DNA of 64,000 nucleotides from Octopus vulgaris (Eukaryota): positions 35,216,001 through 35,280,000 of the forward strand of contig OX597815.1 in the NCBI GenBank assembly GCA_951406725.2, given 5' to 3'. Shown piece after piece: positions 41,051 to 55,500 of this stretch. The position numbers and the translations under genes were made by a program. The notes under the pieces are model-generated. The model did no database searches. It worked only from the letters and a program-made list of their open reading frames with translations, and had not been told where the DNA came from. Position 1 is the first letter of the stretch. Every line of letters begins with the position of its first letter.

Positions 41051-41969
41051 GACTGTGTGTGTGTGAGAGAGAGAGAGAGAATGAAAGTGAAAGTTCAGTG
41101 TATATATAGACAGTGAGAAGCGGTTAAATGTACATCAGCCTCGCAGATATCAGAACTCTAAGTGATGGATGACACTATCAATAACCCAGTCTTTTCATTT
41201 CAACACATTTAACTAAGGCACTGAGGTTAATATAAGTTATGTATATGTGTATATCCATATATACATAATCAGCTAGATGTGTAACAATATCTAATGAATA
41301 CATGAATATTGAAAAACTTGTTTCCGGGGTTGTTTAGTCCAGGTCAACACTGTTCGAACAATTCTATGACCAAAGGAATTCCAGACATATCCATTGCGTT
41401 TTATTTCTTTTTTTTTTCAGGCGTAGTGTATCTTGGACTACATTACTCACTCGGAAACTGACATTTGGGCATCGCTGCTTGGCACGGCGACTGGGCAGTC
41501 AATCTGGTTTAGCGACAGTACTTTTTGGCACTTGAGTTAAATACACATACGTGCGCGCGCGGTCAGAAACACGCACGTATAGATAAATTGAGAGAGAGAA
41601 AGAGAGAGGAAGGGAAGAGACATTACACATAAATACAAACACAAGTAGAGAGAAAGAGAGAGAGAGGGGGAGAACGAGAGAGACATTAAAACATCTGATG
41701 CTACATAAGTCTAAGTCGAATTAATGATGCCAAAATCTTTGTCCCCAAATTTCTCACACCTTTATCCAGTGTCTTCCTTTTAAAGACGTCTTAAAGAAAT
41801 AGCGATCACTCACGTTTGAAAAAGGTCTATTATAAATTTGATTCACCCCAGTGTGTGAGCGACAGTCGTTTTATAACTTCTGGTCAAAGTCAGTGAGGAC
41901 GGGACTCGAACTCCTGGCACGTCATAGTGATATGTATCTCAAGATATTTATTCCAACACTATCGTTTCT

Positions 41970-42430
41970 TATTTCTTTATTGCCCACAAGGGGCTAAACA
42001 TAGAGGGGACAAACAAGGACATACAAATGGATTAACGTAACTGGTTAAACACAGAGAGGACAAACAAGGACATACAAATGGATTAAGTCGATTATATCGA
42101 CCCCAGTGCGTAACTGGTACTTATTTAATCGACCCCGAAAGGATGAAAGGCAAAATCGACCTCGGTGGAATTTGAACTCAGAATGTAATGGCAGACGAAA
42201 TAGCTATTTCTTTACTTCCTACAAAGGGCTAAACAGAGAGAGGACAAACAGGGACAGACAAACGGATTAAGTCGATTATATCGACCCCAGTGCGTAACTG
42301 TACTTATTTGATCGACCCCGAAAGGATGAAAGGCAAAGTCGATCTCGGCGAAATTTGAACTCAGAACGCAACGGCAGACGAAATACCGCTAAGCATGTCG
42401 CCCGGCGTGCTAACGTATCTGCCAGCTCGC
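41970..42430 (-). mobile_element. Dimeric/multimeric Meta-domain-like SINE with TSD
   Basis: TSD CCAACACTATCGTTTCT at 41953 and 42430 brackets two bodies plus a duplicated tail. Confidence 0.9.
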
Positions 42431-42719
42431 CAACACTATCGTTTCTACCACCTCACAGCTTTTATGATTGTATTCTTCAAACAAAGCAGACAGTGTCTTT
42501 AGGATGGAGTGTCAGTTATTGCATGAATGTCCGGCACTATGAGTGGGGGCCTAGCCTAAAACAGATGTCTTCCTAAAGGTACATGAAAGACAGAAGAAAG
42601 GAGAGAAAGAGCGAAAGGAAGAATGTAATATATTGCGAGGATGTGGCAAGAGGAGACTTACAGGTAGTCAATAACTTTACATAACCAAATATCCAGAATA
42701 TATCTCAGTTAACCTACGT

Positions 42720-42920
42720 ATTTGTTTCAAATTTTGGCACACAGCCAGCAAGCTCGGGGGAGGAGGAAAGTCAATTACATTGACCTCCAGTGTTCTTATT
42801 TTATCGAGGTTGAAATACATAGTGGCTCCCGGCGGAATTTGAACTCGGAACGTAAAGACGAACGAAATGCTGCTAAGCATTTTGTCCGGTTTGCTAACGA
42901 TTCTGTTAGCTCGCCGCTTA
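42720..42920 (-). mobile_element. Diverged Meta-domain-like SINE
   Basis: GGCGGAATTTGAACTC and GCTAACGATTCTG motifs; similar copies at 52085-52215, 56163-56378 and 58017-58205. Confidence 0.75.
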
Positions 42921-43163
42921 GTTAACCTACATATTGATGGATGTAAGTATGTTGCTCTTCACCGATGCTCTTTTCATTCCACATTTAATTCTAATTGCAT
43001 CGATCTGTTAACAGTACAGAAGAAAATATTTTCATGTAAAGATATGGGAAGACCAATTTCTTAATTTTCAAAATTTATGTTTTATAGAACATCTTATGTA
43101 GAGTTTGAAATTGGAGTCACACAAACACACATGTGTGTGCGTATGCACTTATGTATTCATATG

Positions 43164-43243
<80 letters not shown>

Positions 43244-43244
<1 letters not shown>

Positions 43245-43535
43245 TTCTTTATTGGCCACGCAGGTTTGAACACAGAAGGAACAAAATACAAAGTAGGGCT
43301 TTTCTTTTTGGGAAGAAGAGAAAGGAAAAAAGAAAAAAAAGGGTCGAATTCCGATCAAAAGGGATTGTGAAAAAAAAGTGGGGCCGATCAACAGGAATCG
43401 TGTATCACAGAAATGTCAATGTAAAAAGGGAAAACAGATTAGGTTTGTCCGTGGATAGAAAAGCCACCGGAAAAGACCACGGGAAGCTTGGGCAATAGTG
43501 TCATGCAAAAAGAAAGAAAGAAAGAAAGATAGATC

Positions 43536-43576
<41 letters not shown>

Positions 43577-43607
43577 GTAGACTGACAGACAGACAGAGAG
43601 ACAGTTT

Positions 43608-43692
<85 letters not shown>

Positions 43693-44211
43693 CTAGCATT
43701 CTGTCGTTTACGTTGATGAGGGTTCCAGTTGATCCGATCAACCTAACAGCCTGCTCGTAGAATTAACGTAGAATTAACGCGCAAGTGGCTGAGAACTCCA
43801 CAGACACGCGTATCCTTAATCTAGTTTTCAGAGAAATTCAGCGTGAGTGCACTAGAGTGTCAGCGCTCAATGACACAATGCGCCGCCAGGAACCGAACTC
43901 GCGACCTTACGATCTTGAGCTGAATACCCTAACCACTTAGCAACGCGCCTTCACTCAGATAGATAGATAGATAGATTTCTTTATTGGCCACGCAGGGCTG
44001 AACACAGAAGGGACAAAATACAAAGTAGAGCTCTTCTTTTTGGGAAGAAAAGGAGAAAAAAACGGGTCGAATTCCGATCAAAAGGGATCGGGAAAAAAAA
44101 AGTGGGGCCGAATAATAGGGATCGTGTAACACAGAAACGACAATGTAAAAATGGAAAAGAGAAAAGCCTACGGAAAAGACCACGGGAAGCTTGGGCAATA
44201 GTATCATGCAA

Positions 44212-44302
<91 letters not shown>

Positions 44303-44895
44303 TGTTTCATTATTAGCCACACAGGGTTGAACACAGAGGGTACAAATTACAAGCAGAGCTTTTCTTTTTGGGGAGGAAAAAAAAGGGGGTAGGATTTCGA
44401 TCAAAAGGGATCGTAAAAAAAAAAGATAGATAGATATGTTTCTTTATTAGCCACATAGGGCTGAACACAGAGAGAAAAAATTACAAAGTAGAGCTTTTCT
44501 TTTGGAGGAGAAAAAAAAAAAGAAAGAAAAAAGAAGTGAGGTAAGTTTTCGATCAAAATTGATCGTAAAAAAGATCAATAGGGATCGCGTGTCACAGAAA
44601 TGTCATGATGTACAGTGTAAAGGGGGAAACAGATAAGGTTTATCCATGGAAAGAAAAGCCTACGGAAAAGACCACGGTAACCTCGGTCAATGATGTCACA
44701 TGTTAACACATTTAATTGCAAGTAAGTAACTCTCTGTTTCAAATTTTTCCTGGTTCATCGGATTATGCCCGAGGTGGCTTCGTCATTAATACGTGCCATC
44801 CTTGCTACATTCACCCATCTTTTTTTGAAACATTCGCTTGACAAAACTTGCCTCTCTACTCTCACTTTCCTTTTCAAGTGATACTTGAAGAAGCT
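43244..44895 (-). mobile_element. Four Tx1-like LINE 3' fragments in (GATA)n (43244-43511, 43976-44214, 44304-44423, 44438-44895) plus a SINE (43695-43952)
   Basis: Each starts TTTC[T/A]TTATT[A/G]GCCAC next to GATA and is homologous to 20141-20741. Confidence 0.8.
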
Positions 44896-44967
<72 letters not shown>

Positions 44968-44989
44968 TGACAATGTTCGTGTTTATCGT

Positions 44990-45700
44990 AGTTAATACTG
45001 TATTGTTTCTGTATGTTGATTTTTTGTTGATTTTTTATTTATATTTTTATATTTGTAAATGCTCTACAGATACACTTTTCGTATTGTTTTTGTGGAATTC
45101 TATATAGAATTTTACAGTTGTCAGCAATTGTTTTCTATCGATTCTTACTGCATAGAGTGTGTTGTGATATGTTGCAATGGTTCCTTGTTACAAATGAATG
45201 ATCACACGGCGGTAGGGTGTTGTACTTGCATGGCCAATGAGACAGCTTGATTCATAAAGTTTACGAGTTTTATGTTTGTATTGAAGTTTGGAAAGTACAT
45301 TGAGAGTTTGAAGTTTGTTCTATGGTCTGTCGGTTTGAGGTTTTGTGTTAATGAGGATGTTTATCGTTCTGGTGTTTTTGTAATATATTCTGTGTTTGTG
45401 GTCAGATGTGATACATGTTGCGCACCGTTTTATGAGATTTTTTAAAATTATGTATTCTTCTATTTTGTAACCTAGGTGCATTTAGTTCCTGCAGTAACTG
45501 AATGTATAGTATGGGTATTTTTGTTAGATACTGGGACTATTCTATCCGTGTAAGTAAATTTCTTTAATTAATAGTGTTCTACGGTGTATCTACTAATCTA
45601 AAGCACGAGCTGTTGTTAGCAAATGTTTGTTTTTAGTTCCATGGTTGACGAATACTTAAATGCTTGTCTGGGAAGGGATTTGGCTAAGGATAGTTTTATA
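44990..45700 (-). mobile_element. Highly decayed Penelope-like element (RT tail and GIY-YIG)
   Basis: Minus translation near 45160-45240 gives LIGHASTTPYRRVIIHL*QGTIATYH, resembling the GIY-YIG 'YIG.T...L..R...H' motif; many stops. Confidence 0.45.
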
Positions 45701-45788
45701 TTCATTTGAACATCCACTTACTGTGTGCATGTAAAGGCATTTTTAAACGCCTTTAGTGCATATGTTATTATTTATTCCTAACTTTATT

Positions 45789-45831
45789 TCATTATGAAGA
45801 TGGATCTGCGATAGCTTCGAAACGTTGATGA
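45789..45831 (+). ncRNA. Degenerate minimal hammerhead-like motif
   Basis: tcatt-aTGAAGA-T-GGATCT-gcgat-AGCTTC-GAAAC-GTT-gatga; C3 is mutated. Confidence 0.45.
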
Positions 45832-46133
45832 GTTAATGTATTTAATACTAAAAAGGAAGTATGAAAAAAATCTTTAATATAATCGATTAAGCTAGGACAA
45901 GGTGAAATCTTTAATACGTGTTTGAGGGAGGAGCTGGTCCAGATCTACACACACTTTCTCACAAAACACGCATACAAATATGTATGTATGTGTGTGTGTT
46001 TGTATGTATGTCATTGTACAGTTTTATTTAAAGATTTCTTGCCAATAGTGTAGGAGGCGGTTCTAACCTAGATCCCATGCTCCTTCATTAGAATTTCAAC
46101 ATCAACAACAGGGTATTTTTGTATGTATGTATG

Positions 46134-46167
<34 letters not shown>

Positions 46168-46652
46168 TATGTGCAGATTTGCACGTTTTGTTTTAGGTAT
46201 GTATTCTCATGCATATAGTTGCATATCTAGACATGCTCAAGCCTTCAGTGCTCCAATGATTTGTCCTCTTTGGAGATCAGATTGGTCACGCATTTTAATT
46301 TATCTAAATACAATTATTTGCAAAAAAACATAATTAATAAATGAATAAAGGGAGCTATATCATGAAGTGTCAAGGTATGCATACAACGCTTATGAATACA
46401 TATGTAAACTAGAACAATTTTGAATTTGGCGTATTGCCAATAGAAAGAGTAGGTAAATAAAAAGTGGTGCTACCATTATTTTTTCGAATCCATGTATATA
46501 TACACACACATATACACATATAAAAGCATATATATGTATATACACAAGTAAAAGCATATGCGTATGTAAACATAGAATGCAGGAAGGATGTAAACGGAAA
46601 CATGCAGTTAACTCACAGAAACATAATTGCATCCAGGATTTAAAAAAAATAT

Positions 46653-46750
<98 letters not shown>

Positions 46751-46764
46751 TGTGTGTGTGTGTT

Positions 46765-46805
<41 letters not shown>

Positions 46806-46884
46806 TCATACATATATATCATATTTTGATATGTATGCCGTGATCTATTTTCAGTACATTTCGTTTACATTGCATGTGTGTACA

Positions 46885-46932
<48 letters not shown>

Positions 46933-47428
46933 CTCGTTTTAGGCGTATTGAGTTATTTCCGTAGACTTAACCTGAAAACGAATACATTCTTGATGTAGTT
47001 GACGAATATTTTTGCAGCTATACCTTTAATTCCCTGATTCGAATCTTATATCCTACTATGTTGAACAGCACTTTAATGGAGATAATTCTACCCGTAAATC
47101 GTTTACGATCGAAAGTTTTTTTTGTTTTTTTTTAACTTCGAATTTCTATACAATATCTCGTGATTTATTTTATGTCAGCCACGTGAATTTAATGATTCTA
47201 CTGCGAGCAAATAATTCTTTAGTATCTTGCTGACTATGTTGAATACACGTGTTTCTTTCTGCTTTTTGTATGTTTTTAGTTTTGTTTTTGTACTGAATAC
47301 GTTTATCTTACAGAAACATAATTAAGTCCAGTGTAAAAAAAAAACAAAAAGAAAGAACAAAAATAACCAGAAGGGTATCTACATGCATTATTTTGGTATG
47401 TATGCTTCGATTTATTTTCAATGTATTC

Positions 47429-47473
<45 letters not shown>

Positions 47474-47477
47474 CATA

Positions 47478-47513
<36 letters not shown>

Positions 47514-47566
47514 CATACATATATATATATATATATACATATATATAAACACACACGCACATATAA

Positions 47567-47644
<78 letters not shown>

Positions 47645-48176
47645 CTCATATATATATGAATATCTGCGACTCTGTATATTTGTTAGTGTACGTGTATAAA
47701 TATATATGTACATATATATTTATATATATATATGCACATATATATTTGTGTGTGTATGTGTGCCACAGAGAGAAAAAAAGAGAGGGAGAGAGTGAGAGTG
47801 AAAGGGAGTGAAAGAGAAAGTAAGAGAGAGAGAGTAAGAAAGAGAGAGATGTCGCTAAAGCTGTTTTACTTCCCGTAATGGATTTCAAGGATAAAATCGG
47901 GTGGAATCTGAAATATTTTGACAAAAAACAAAAACCCTAACAAACAAAAAAGAAAACAAACAAACAAAAATGTGGCTCCATTATTTACTAATGGACAAGT
48001 TGTGAAGAATATACAGTGTTTCCTGTATTCAAGAATATTTTTCTTTTCTCTACTCCTTTCAGTATTTTACTGATCAGCTTTAGTGGAGTGAAGTTTCACG
48101 CTAGATTTAAGCCTCAATGATATTTGGTTTTCACTAAAACACTTCCATTTTATCTATCTATCTATCTATCTATCTT

Positions 48177-48240
<64 letters not shown>

Positions 48241-48800
48241 CCTATCTACCTATCTATCTATATATCTATCTATCTATCTATCTATCTATCAACCTGCCAT
48301 TCATCTGTCTTTCTACCTGTCTATCTGTCAAACAAAGAAAAAAGTATCAAACCATCTATCTGTCATTCTGTCTCCTCACCTGCATTTGCCCAACAAACTC
48401 TCGGTATTTGCCTATCAAACTCTCAGACCAATCTTTCGCTGTTTGTCTGGCTGCCTGTTTATCTAACATGGTATCAAGCTAGCTAGCTTGTGTCTCTATC
48501 TCTATGTCTGTATGTCTGTCTATTTATCTATCTACTTATTTTATATACATATGTATGTTTGTATGTATGGATGTATGCGTGGGTGTATATATATATATAT
48601 ATATATGTGTGTGTATAACTACCATATATATATATATATATATATACATATATCTATATATATATATACTTATATATATACATATATATATACATGTATA
48701 TATATACATATATACATTTATATATACATACATATATATATACATATATATATATATACATTTATATATACATACATATATATATACATATATACATATA

Positions 48801-48856
<56 letters not shown>

Positions 48857-49483
48857 CATATATATATATACATACATACATACATATATATATATAAACA
48901 TACATACATACATACAAACATATATATATATAAACATACATACATACATACATACAAACATACACACATTCATACATACACTCACAAGTGTATGTACATA
49001 TTTGTATATATATATATATGCTGTGATGTACATACATTGTCGTTGTTACATATTCTTATGCTGTATTGTTGGAATATCACCCTCTGATATTTCAATTATT
49101 TATTTCCCACCACACCCAAGCCACATTGCCTCTACTTCATTTTCCGTTACATACTTCATCCTGATGTCGTTGTACCTCCCTTTTTCCTCTCTATTATATC
49201 TGTATCTCACAAACACTTTAATATTCGTTCTCTGTTTTGCACTCCCAATCCTAATACACTTTCCTCTTATCCTCCTCATTCTTCATAACACCTCTACTGC
49301 CATCTATCACTCCCACCACCTTTCCGCACATACTTTCCGTTGGCATTGGAGTACAATTACCAATCGCTACAGTAACAACGCGTATTCTCTCCACATCGCC
49401 AATAAACTAGACATATAATACCTATCCATTTGTATCTGGAAGAATTGCAGAATTCCAAGACTCTCTAATAACAAACACACATA

Positions 49484-49539
<56 letters not shown>

Positions 49540-49743
49540 TATACGCACACATACGCATACATACACACATATATATATGCATGAATGTATGAATGTGTAC
49601 ACATATAAATAACAATATAAACAAGAACGACAATGAATAATAGATATTTTTAAAGGAATACATTCATTTAGTTAATTGAACAACATATTTTAAATTATAC
49701 ATAATTGCAGCAAATACATGAGTAAACATTAGTTTCTGCAACA

Positions 49744-49776
<33 letters not shown>

Positions 49777-49984
49777 TATATATATTACATATACATACAT
49801 ATATACATAAATATATATATATATATATATATACATACATATATATACATAAATATATACATACATACATATATACATAAATATATATATATATATATAC
49901 ATACATATATATACATAAATATATACATACATACATATATACATAAATATATATATATATATATCGTAGATATATATATATATC

Positions 49985-50043
<59 letters not shown>

Positions 50044-50454
50044 CATATATACATATATACATACATATATATATACATACATATATATATACATATATAT
50101 CGATTAAAATGTCGGGTCTTCCGTTTTAGACGACATAGATAAGTCGTTGAAAGTAGAAACAGGAATAGGAAGTAAACTATAGGTTTATATTGTTTCATAC
50201 GAATTAGGTCAGTACTGATTAGGCTGTCATGTTATCAATGTTGTTTCAACCGAGACCACCTCATCATTGTGTCAGACAAAGCACGTTTTGCTCCACATTA
50301 CACAATGTTTCCTTCCTTTCGTTATTTTGTGATTTCGGGAAGAGTTCCTTACTATTTTTAGTGGATGGAACGACTGCACGGTGGATTTCCTGCTACATAG
50401 TTTGGGTGATAGCCTTCCGAATTAATCTTTCTAATATAGTTAACTGGAGAAATA

Positions 50455-51395
50455 TTATCATTATTGTCATTTCACTTCTCAGAACTATCGATTTCTCTTG
50501 CTCCAACAAATGCTGCAAGAGCTGACAATAACCTATTGTCAAGGGTCTCACAGGGTCTTTTTCTACGATAGTTAACATTCAAGTTCCAATCTCAAAATTC
50601 TCGCTGTCTCCAAAAAGCAGATATCTGAGCATGTTCTACCCTCATGTCAACTGCAACTTCTCCAAAAGGTTTCTCGAACATGGTTGTTAATGCTCTCAAT
50701 ACCCCTACAACTACTGGGATGGCAGTTACTTTCTTCATTGCCCACATTCGTGCAATCTCATCTCTTAGTGACTTGTACCTCTCGATCTCTTCCAGTTCTT
50801 TATCTTCCAGTCATACATCCCCAGGTATGGCAATATCTATGATTTTGGTTTTCTTCATCATTTTATGAACTACAACATCAATCACTGAGGCACATTGAAT
50901 TGTAAAATCCTATTATTCTCGGTGATTCCTTGGTTTACGATTGTACCATTTCAATATCCACCCAAAACCGTACTTCTCATACAATTTCCAATGAACGTAC
51001 CTAGCAATGATATCGTGGATCCTTTTGTATTCCTTCTGAGCCATTTTGCTACACTGACTCAGAATATGTGAGACTGTTTCATTTTTGATTCCACACACCC
51101 TACAACAAGGCGATTTACAACACTCATTTATTTGAAACTTGATGTAATTAGTTCTCAGAGCTTGTTCCAGAGCGATACATATCAATACCTCAATACAACC
51201 TTTTAGATCACTTTTACTTAGCCGACTCCAGGTGTCGGTCATGTCTTTGAGGTTTTGCCCATGCAATGCTTTCACTTTCTAGTTGTTCAATCTTTGTTAC
51301 CCACTTTGTTTCTTAAATTCTTTTGGGTGTGTCACAATTTCTCTAGGTATCCTGTTGCTATTTCTTCCTTCGACCTGGTAGCAAATAAAAGAAAT
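50455..51395 (-). mobile_element. 5'-truncated R4/Dong-like LINE (restriction-like endonuclease) at (TAA)n
   Basis: LHGQ...EQALRTNY...CRVC..NETVSHILSQC..MAQKEYKRIHD...HWKL, then DFTIQ...IIDIAIPGD...IERY..L..EI..MW...IPVVVG; (TTA)n at the 5' side and degenerate TAA at the 3' end. Confidence 0.85.
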
Positions 51396-51448
51396 CATTA
51401 TTATTATTATCATTATTATTATTGTTATTATTGTTATTATTATTATTG

Positions 51449-51981
51449 AATGAGAGAGCAGTGCATGCCATCAAAATGACACTGGGGTAAAATATACGAA
51501 GACCAGTATAACCATCATGACTACCCGTCTGATAAGGGTACACCAGGCACATGCATCACAACCATGTGTGCGCGACATGGCGATCTCATATCAGGACAAA
51601 CAGCACATGACCTTATAGGTGGGGCCCAGTTAGAATTTTCTTCTGGTCGAATAACCCATCCCGCTCAAAAGGTCCCTGAATAAGGGTTTTTTAAGGATGT
51701 TGAACGAAACACCCATGTTTCCAGAGGCGAATTATTCAAACCCCAAAGAATACATGGCTATGATGCTCCCCACCACTTTTGCTCGTGATCAGAGATGCAC
51801 ATATCGTCAGCCACTAAGGGACATGGTCAACTGGTTAAGGTCAAGCAACTGACAAGCAAATCTGTGGTATTGAGCAGAATATTTGCTGTAGCCCATCTTT
51901 TACACCAAGACAAAACAATGTACATGGTAACACTTCCAATTAGTTAAGATCAGAAGCCATAAGAGCCACTGCCTGGTACTG

Positions 51982-51985
<4 letters not shown>
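51449..51985 (-). mobile_element. Non-coding interspersed element between (TTA)n and (CAT)n
   Basis: GC-richer block with sharp microsatellite boundaries; single copy in this window, so repeat status and strand are inferred. Confidence 0.4.
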
Positions 51986-52023
<38 letters not shown>

Positions 52024-52031
52024 AATCATAA

Positions 52032-52087
<56 letters not shown>

Positions 52088-52477
52088 GCGGCGAAATAAC
52101 GGAATCGTTAGTGCGTCGGACCAGCTGGTCTAAATTCTTCCTACTTTTTACGTTCTGAGTTCAAATTCAGTCGAGGTCAACTTCACCTTTCTGAGATCGA
52201 TAAAATAAGCAACAGTTTCACTTCTGCCATGCTGATTAAACGTTCTCCCATTTTATTTTTCTCTCCCAATCCAAATATTCCTACATATTTCTCGCTCTGT
52301 AGCCTCTTCCAACCTTTGCATTGAAATTTCTGAGATGGTGGGAAAATGACAGTCAAAATATTCTGGCCCAAATGAAAGAGAAAAGCACAATTAAGTGACG
52401 ACTAGAAAAGCATTGTGACCAGCATATACAAGAACATCAGTTTGAGCGATGTGTGTGTGTGTGTGTGCGCGTGTGTT

Positions 52478-52517
<40 letters not shown>

Positions 52518-55500
52518 TGTGTGTGTGCGTGTGTGTGTGCGTGTGTGTGTTTGTGTGTGTGTGTAAACCATAGTCACTCGCAAGCATGCGCGACTTGGTA
52601 GACTGTAACACTTTCGCTAATTATTTTGTGAGTGGATGTTGATACACTCTCAGCAAATGTCTTGCTTTTTTCTTTTTAGTACATCAAGAACGGCATTCTC
52701 CACTGACGTAGAAATTTGGCTGCTATTACTAGCATGTCGATCGAACTACATTGACGAAACCTTTTTCTATAGAGACCTCCATGTTCATAGGTGTTGTAAG
52801 TGTTGGTTGTGACGTTTGTGCTGGTAGGAGAAGTTAGAATGGTTTTAATGATCGCTACATATAAGATGATGCTCGAGATGATAGTGATTTTGGTTGTTAG
52901 TAATGGAGGAGATGGTGATGTTTGTGGTATTGCGATTCAGATGAAGAAATGCATTAAAATTAAAAGAAAACATTCATCCATACGCACACAGACACATGCA
53001 CACTCATGCATGTACATTTACATATACGTACATCCATCCACACGCATATACATACGTAACATTTATACACACACACACACATATATATATACGCACATAC
53101 ACAGAGGCACACATGCGTAAAAGAGAGAGAGAGAGAGAGAAATTGATTCTTTTGATTAAATTGAGAACAGAATGTCAAAACAATTATCGAAGTATATAGC
53201 AGTTTTGGACAGAGACTTAAGCGAAAGTTAAATAAAAATTTATCAGAAGTAAATACAAAATAAATTTTCTTAAAATATATAGCAAGGTTCATCCAAGTAC
53301 TAGTTGTAATAGGAGTGAGTGTGCCGAGTGTATACTGTTAAATATAGGAAAGACAGGTAAGACGGAGAGGCGGGTATTGGAAATTGATGAAATATCGTGT
53401 AGTGCTTACAATTTTAGGATGAAGTTCCCCAACTAAGAATATTGGAAGGTGAATAATATTAATGACAATATCATGGATTCCATTTTATTTAATGACAATT
53501 TTATTAAATGTATCCGAACATTAAATTGAGTCGAAAGAATCATTAACTGAATCTTCTTAGTCTTCTCCGCTGCGTCTTTTATGCCCAACACAATCCTGAA
53601 AGCTATATTTTGTGTTAAATGAATGAAGACAAATATATCTCTCTGTATGACACACACATAGCATTTTTTTTAAAGAGTTGCTGAGAAAGCCGAATGATTG
53701 TTCCTCGAGTCATAACATTTTCAACCTGACAATGCCTACATTTTTATTGTATGCAAGATGTTAGGTACTCAAATGTTTGCTTCAGTTAGCATTTCCTTTC
53801 AATGTGTGTTTCAGCGTGTGCTCTCCGGCAATAATCGCAGGTGTTATGATATAAACTTAGGCTTATAATAAATTTTCATTTATTATATATATATATATGA
53901 TAAGCAATTAACTTCATAATCTCCATTTTCTTTTCTTCTATTAAATGGATATAAACTATATATATATATATGAATGAATGAATTATATGAGAAAAGGCGT
54001 TACGTAATCACGTTTATTTGTGTTTACACAAGTTTCCGCTATAAGGAACTTTGCAGCTATAGGTAAGTGGCAGTGTGACACTGAGACATAGTTTCACCAG
54101 AGTTTCAGTATATGCACACACGCAAACACACACACACACATGTATATATGTATGTATGTTTATTACATTGTTAATATAATTAGATTATTTAGATTTTATT
54201 CATATATTCAATACATTTCATTAGTTCTAGAGTATATAGATTATATAATTATATTTAGATTTAAAGTGCAGAGCAGGTCTTTTGGAAATGTAACTCACAA
54301 ATGGAAAAATAAGAAGCCTTCACAAAAAAAAAAAAAATGTAAGCAAAGTGTTAAAACGCTTTTATATATTTACAATGAATAGGACTGAATTATTATAAAA
54401 TGACAATGAGTTCATTCTTGTGCAGTTTTTTAATACATTTATGTCGGAATTTTAAAACTTAAAATTAATTTGTCGAAAAAGAAACTGTAAAATAGCCCAG
54501 GAAGAGGTTTTAATAGATACTTGAGAGGCCGACCGCGAAAATGACTTAAGAGATTGTTGGAAGAATGATTTAGTTTAATTTAGATAAAATTCCTTTCCAT
54601 CCAATTTGAACAGCTGAGAGACTAAATCAGTGAATGTGATTTAAAAAGCAATCATTATCACTTCAAGAATAGATTGATCTCTAATTGCCATAAAACAATC
54701 AATAAGAGCTCGTTTACTTTCTAAGAATAGTGGGGTAGTGTAAACAACCAAGCATCGGACTAAATGATTTATTTTATCAAAGTTCCGTCTTCTAATTTTA
54801 GATTTTAAATTCTAACATGATTACCTTGAATCCTATCAGGGTCGATAAAATAAGTATCAATAATATACTTAATTATCTTTGTATTTGATTAAGGGATCGA
54901 TATTTGTTTAGTTTATGGCAAATAGAATATAATGAAAAATACCGGCGTGTCACACATCTCTAAGTCGGATTCAATTCATGCTTGAAACCACTTCCTTTCA
55001 CTCATTCTAGCCAAAGTGGACGCTTAACATACTAAAAGTAGCAGCCAAATTCTTTTGACTGAAATCACACACACAGTGAGCAATGTAGTCAAGTATATAC
55101 ATAAGGATGAGATGGTCACGGCGTCAATAATGCATTGAAAGAGATAAAGTGAAGTTCATTAGAATAAATCTGAAATCGAAACCATCTCGCAAATTTAACT
55201 CTTGTTTTACGTTGCTTGCCATTAGACACATTTGAGCTTATACAAAGGAAATTACAGACCGATACACTGGCAAATAGGTGGTGAATTACTTAAGACGATC
55301 CCTAGTATTACTACTACTCATGTCTTCAGTAAAGCAATATCGACATGAAGATCTGCTTCGAAGACTGTATACTGTCAAACCTGTTGTGCGTTGTTAAATA
55401 TATCTTTTGTCTACTTGTTTTCCTGTTTGTATATGATAAACACAAAACTACATATGCCGAGGAAGAGAATAAACAGACTGACCCTAGTATATGCAAGGGA

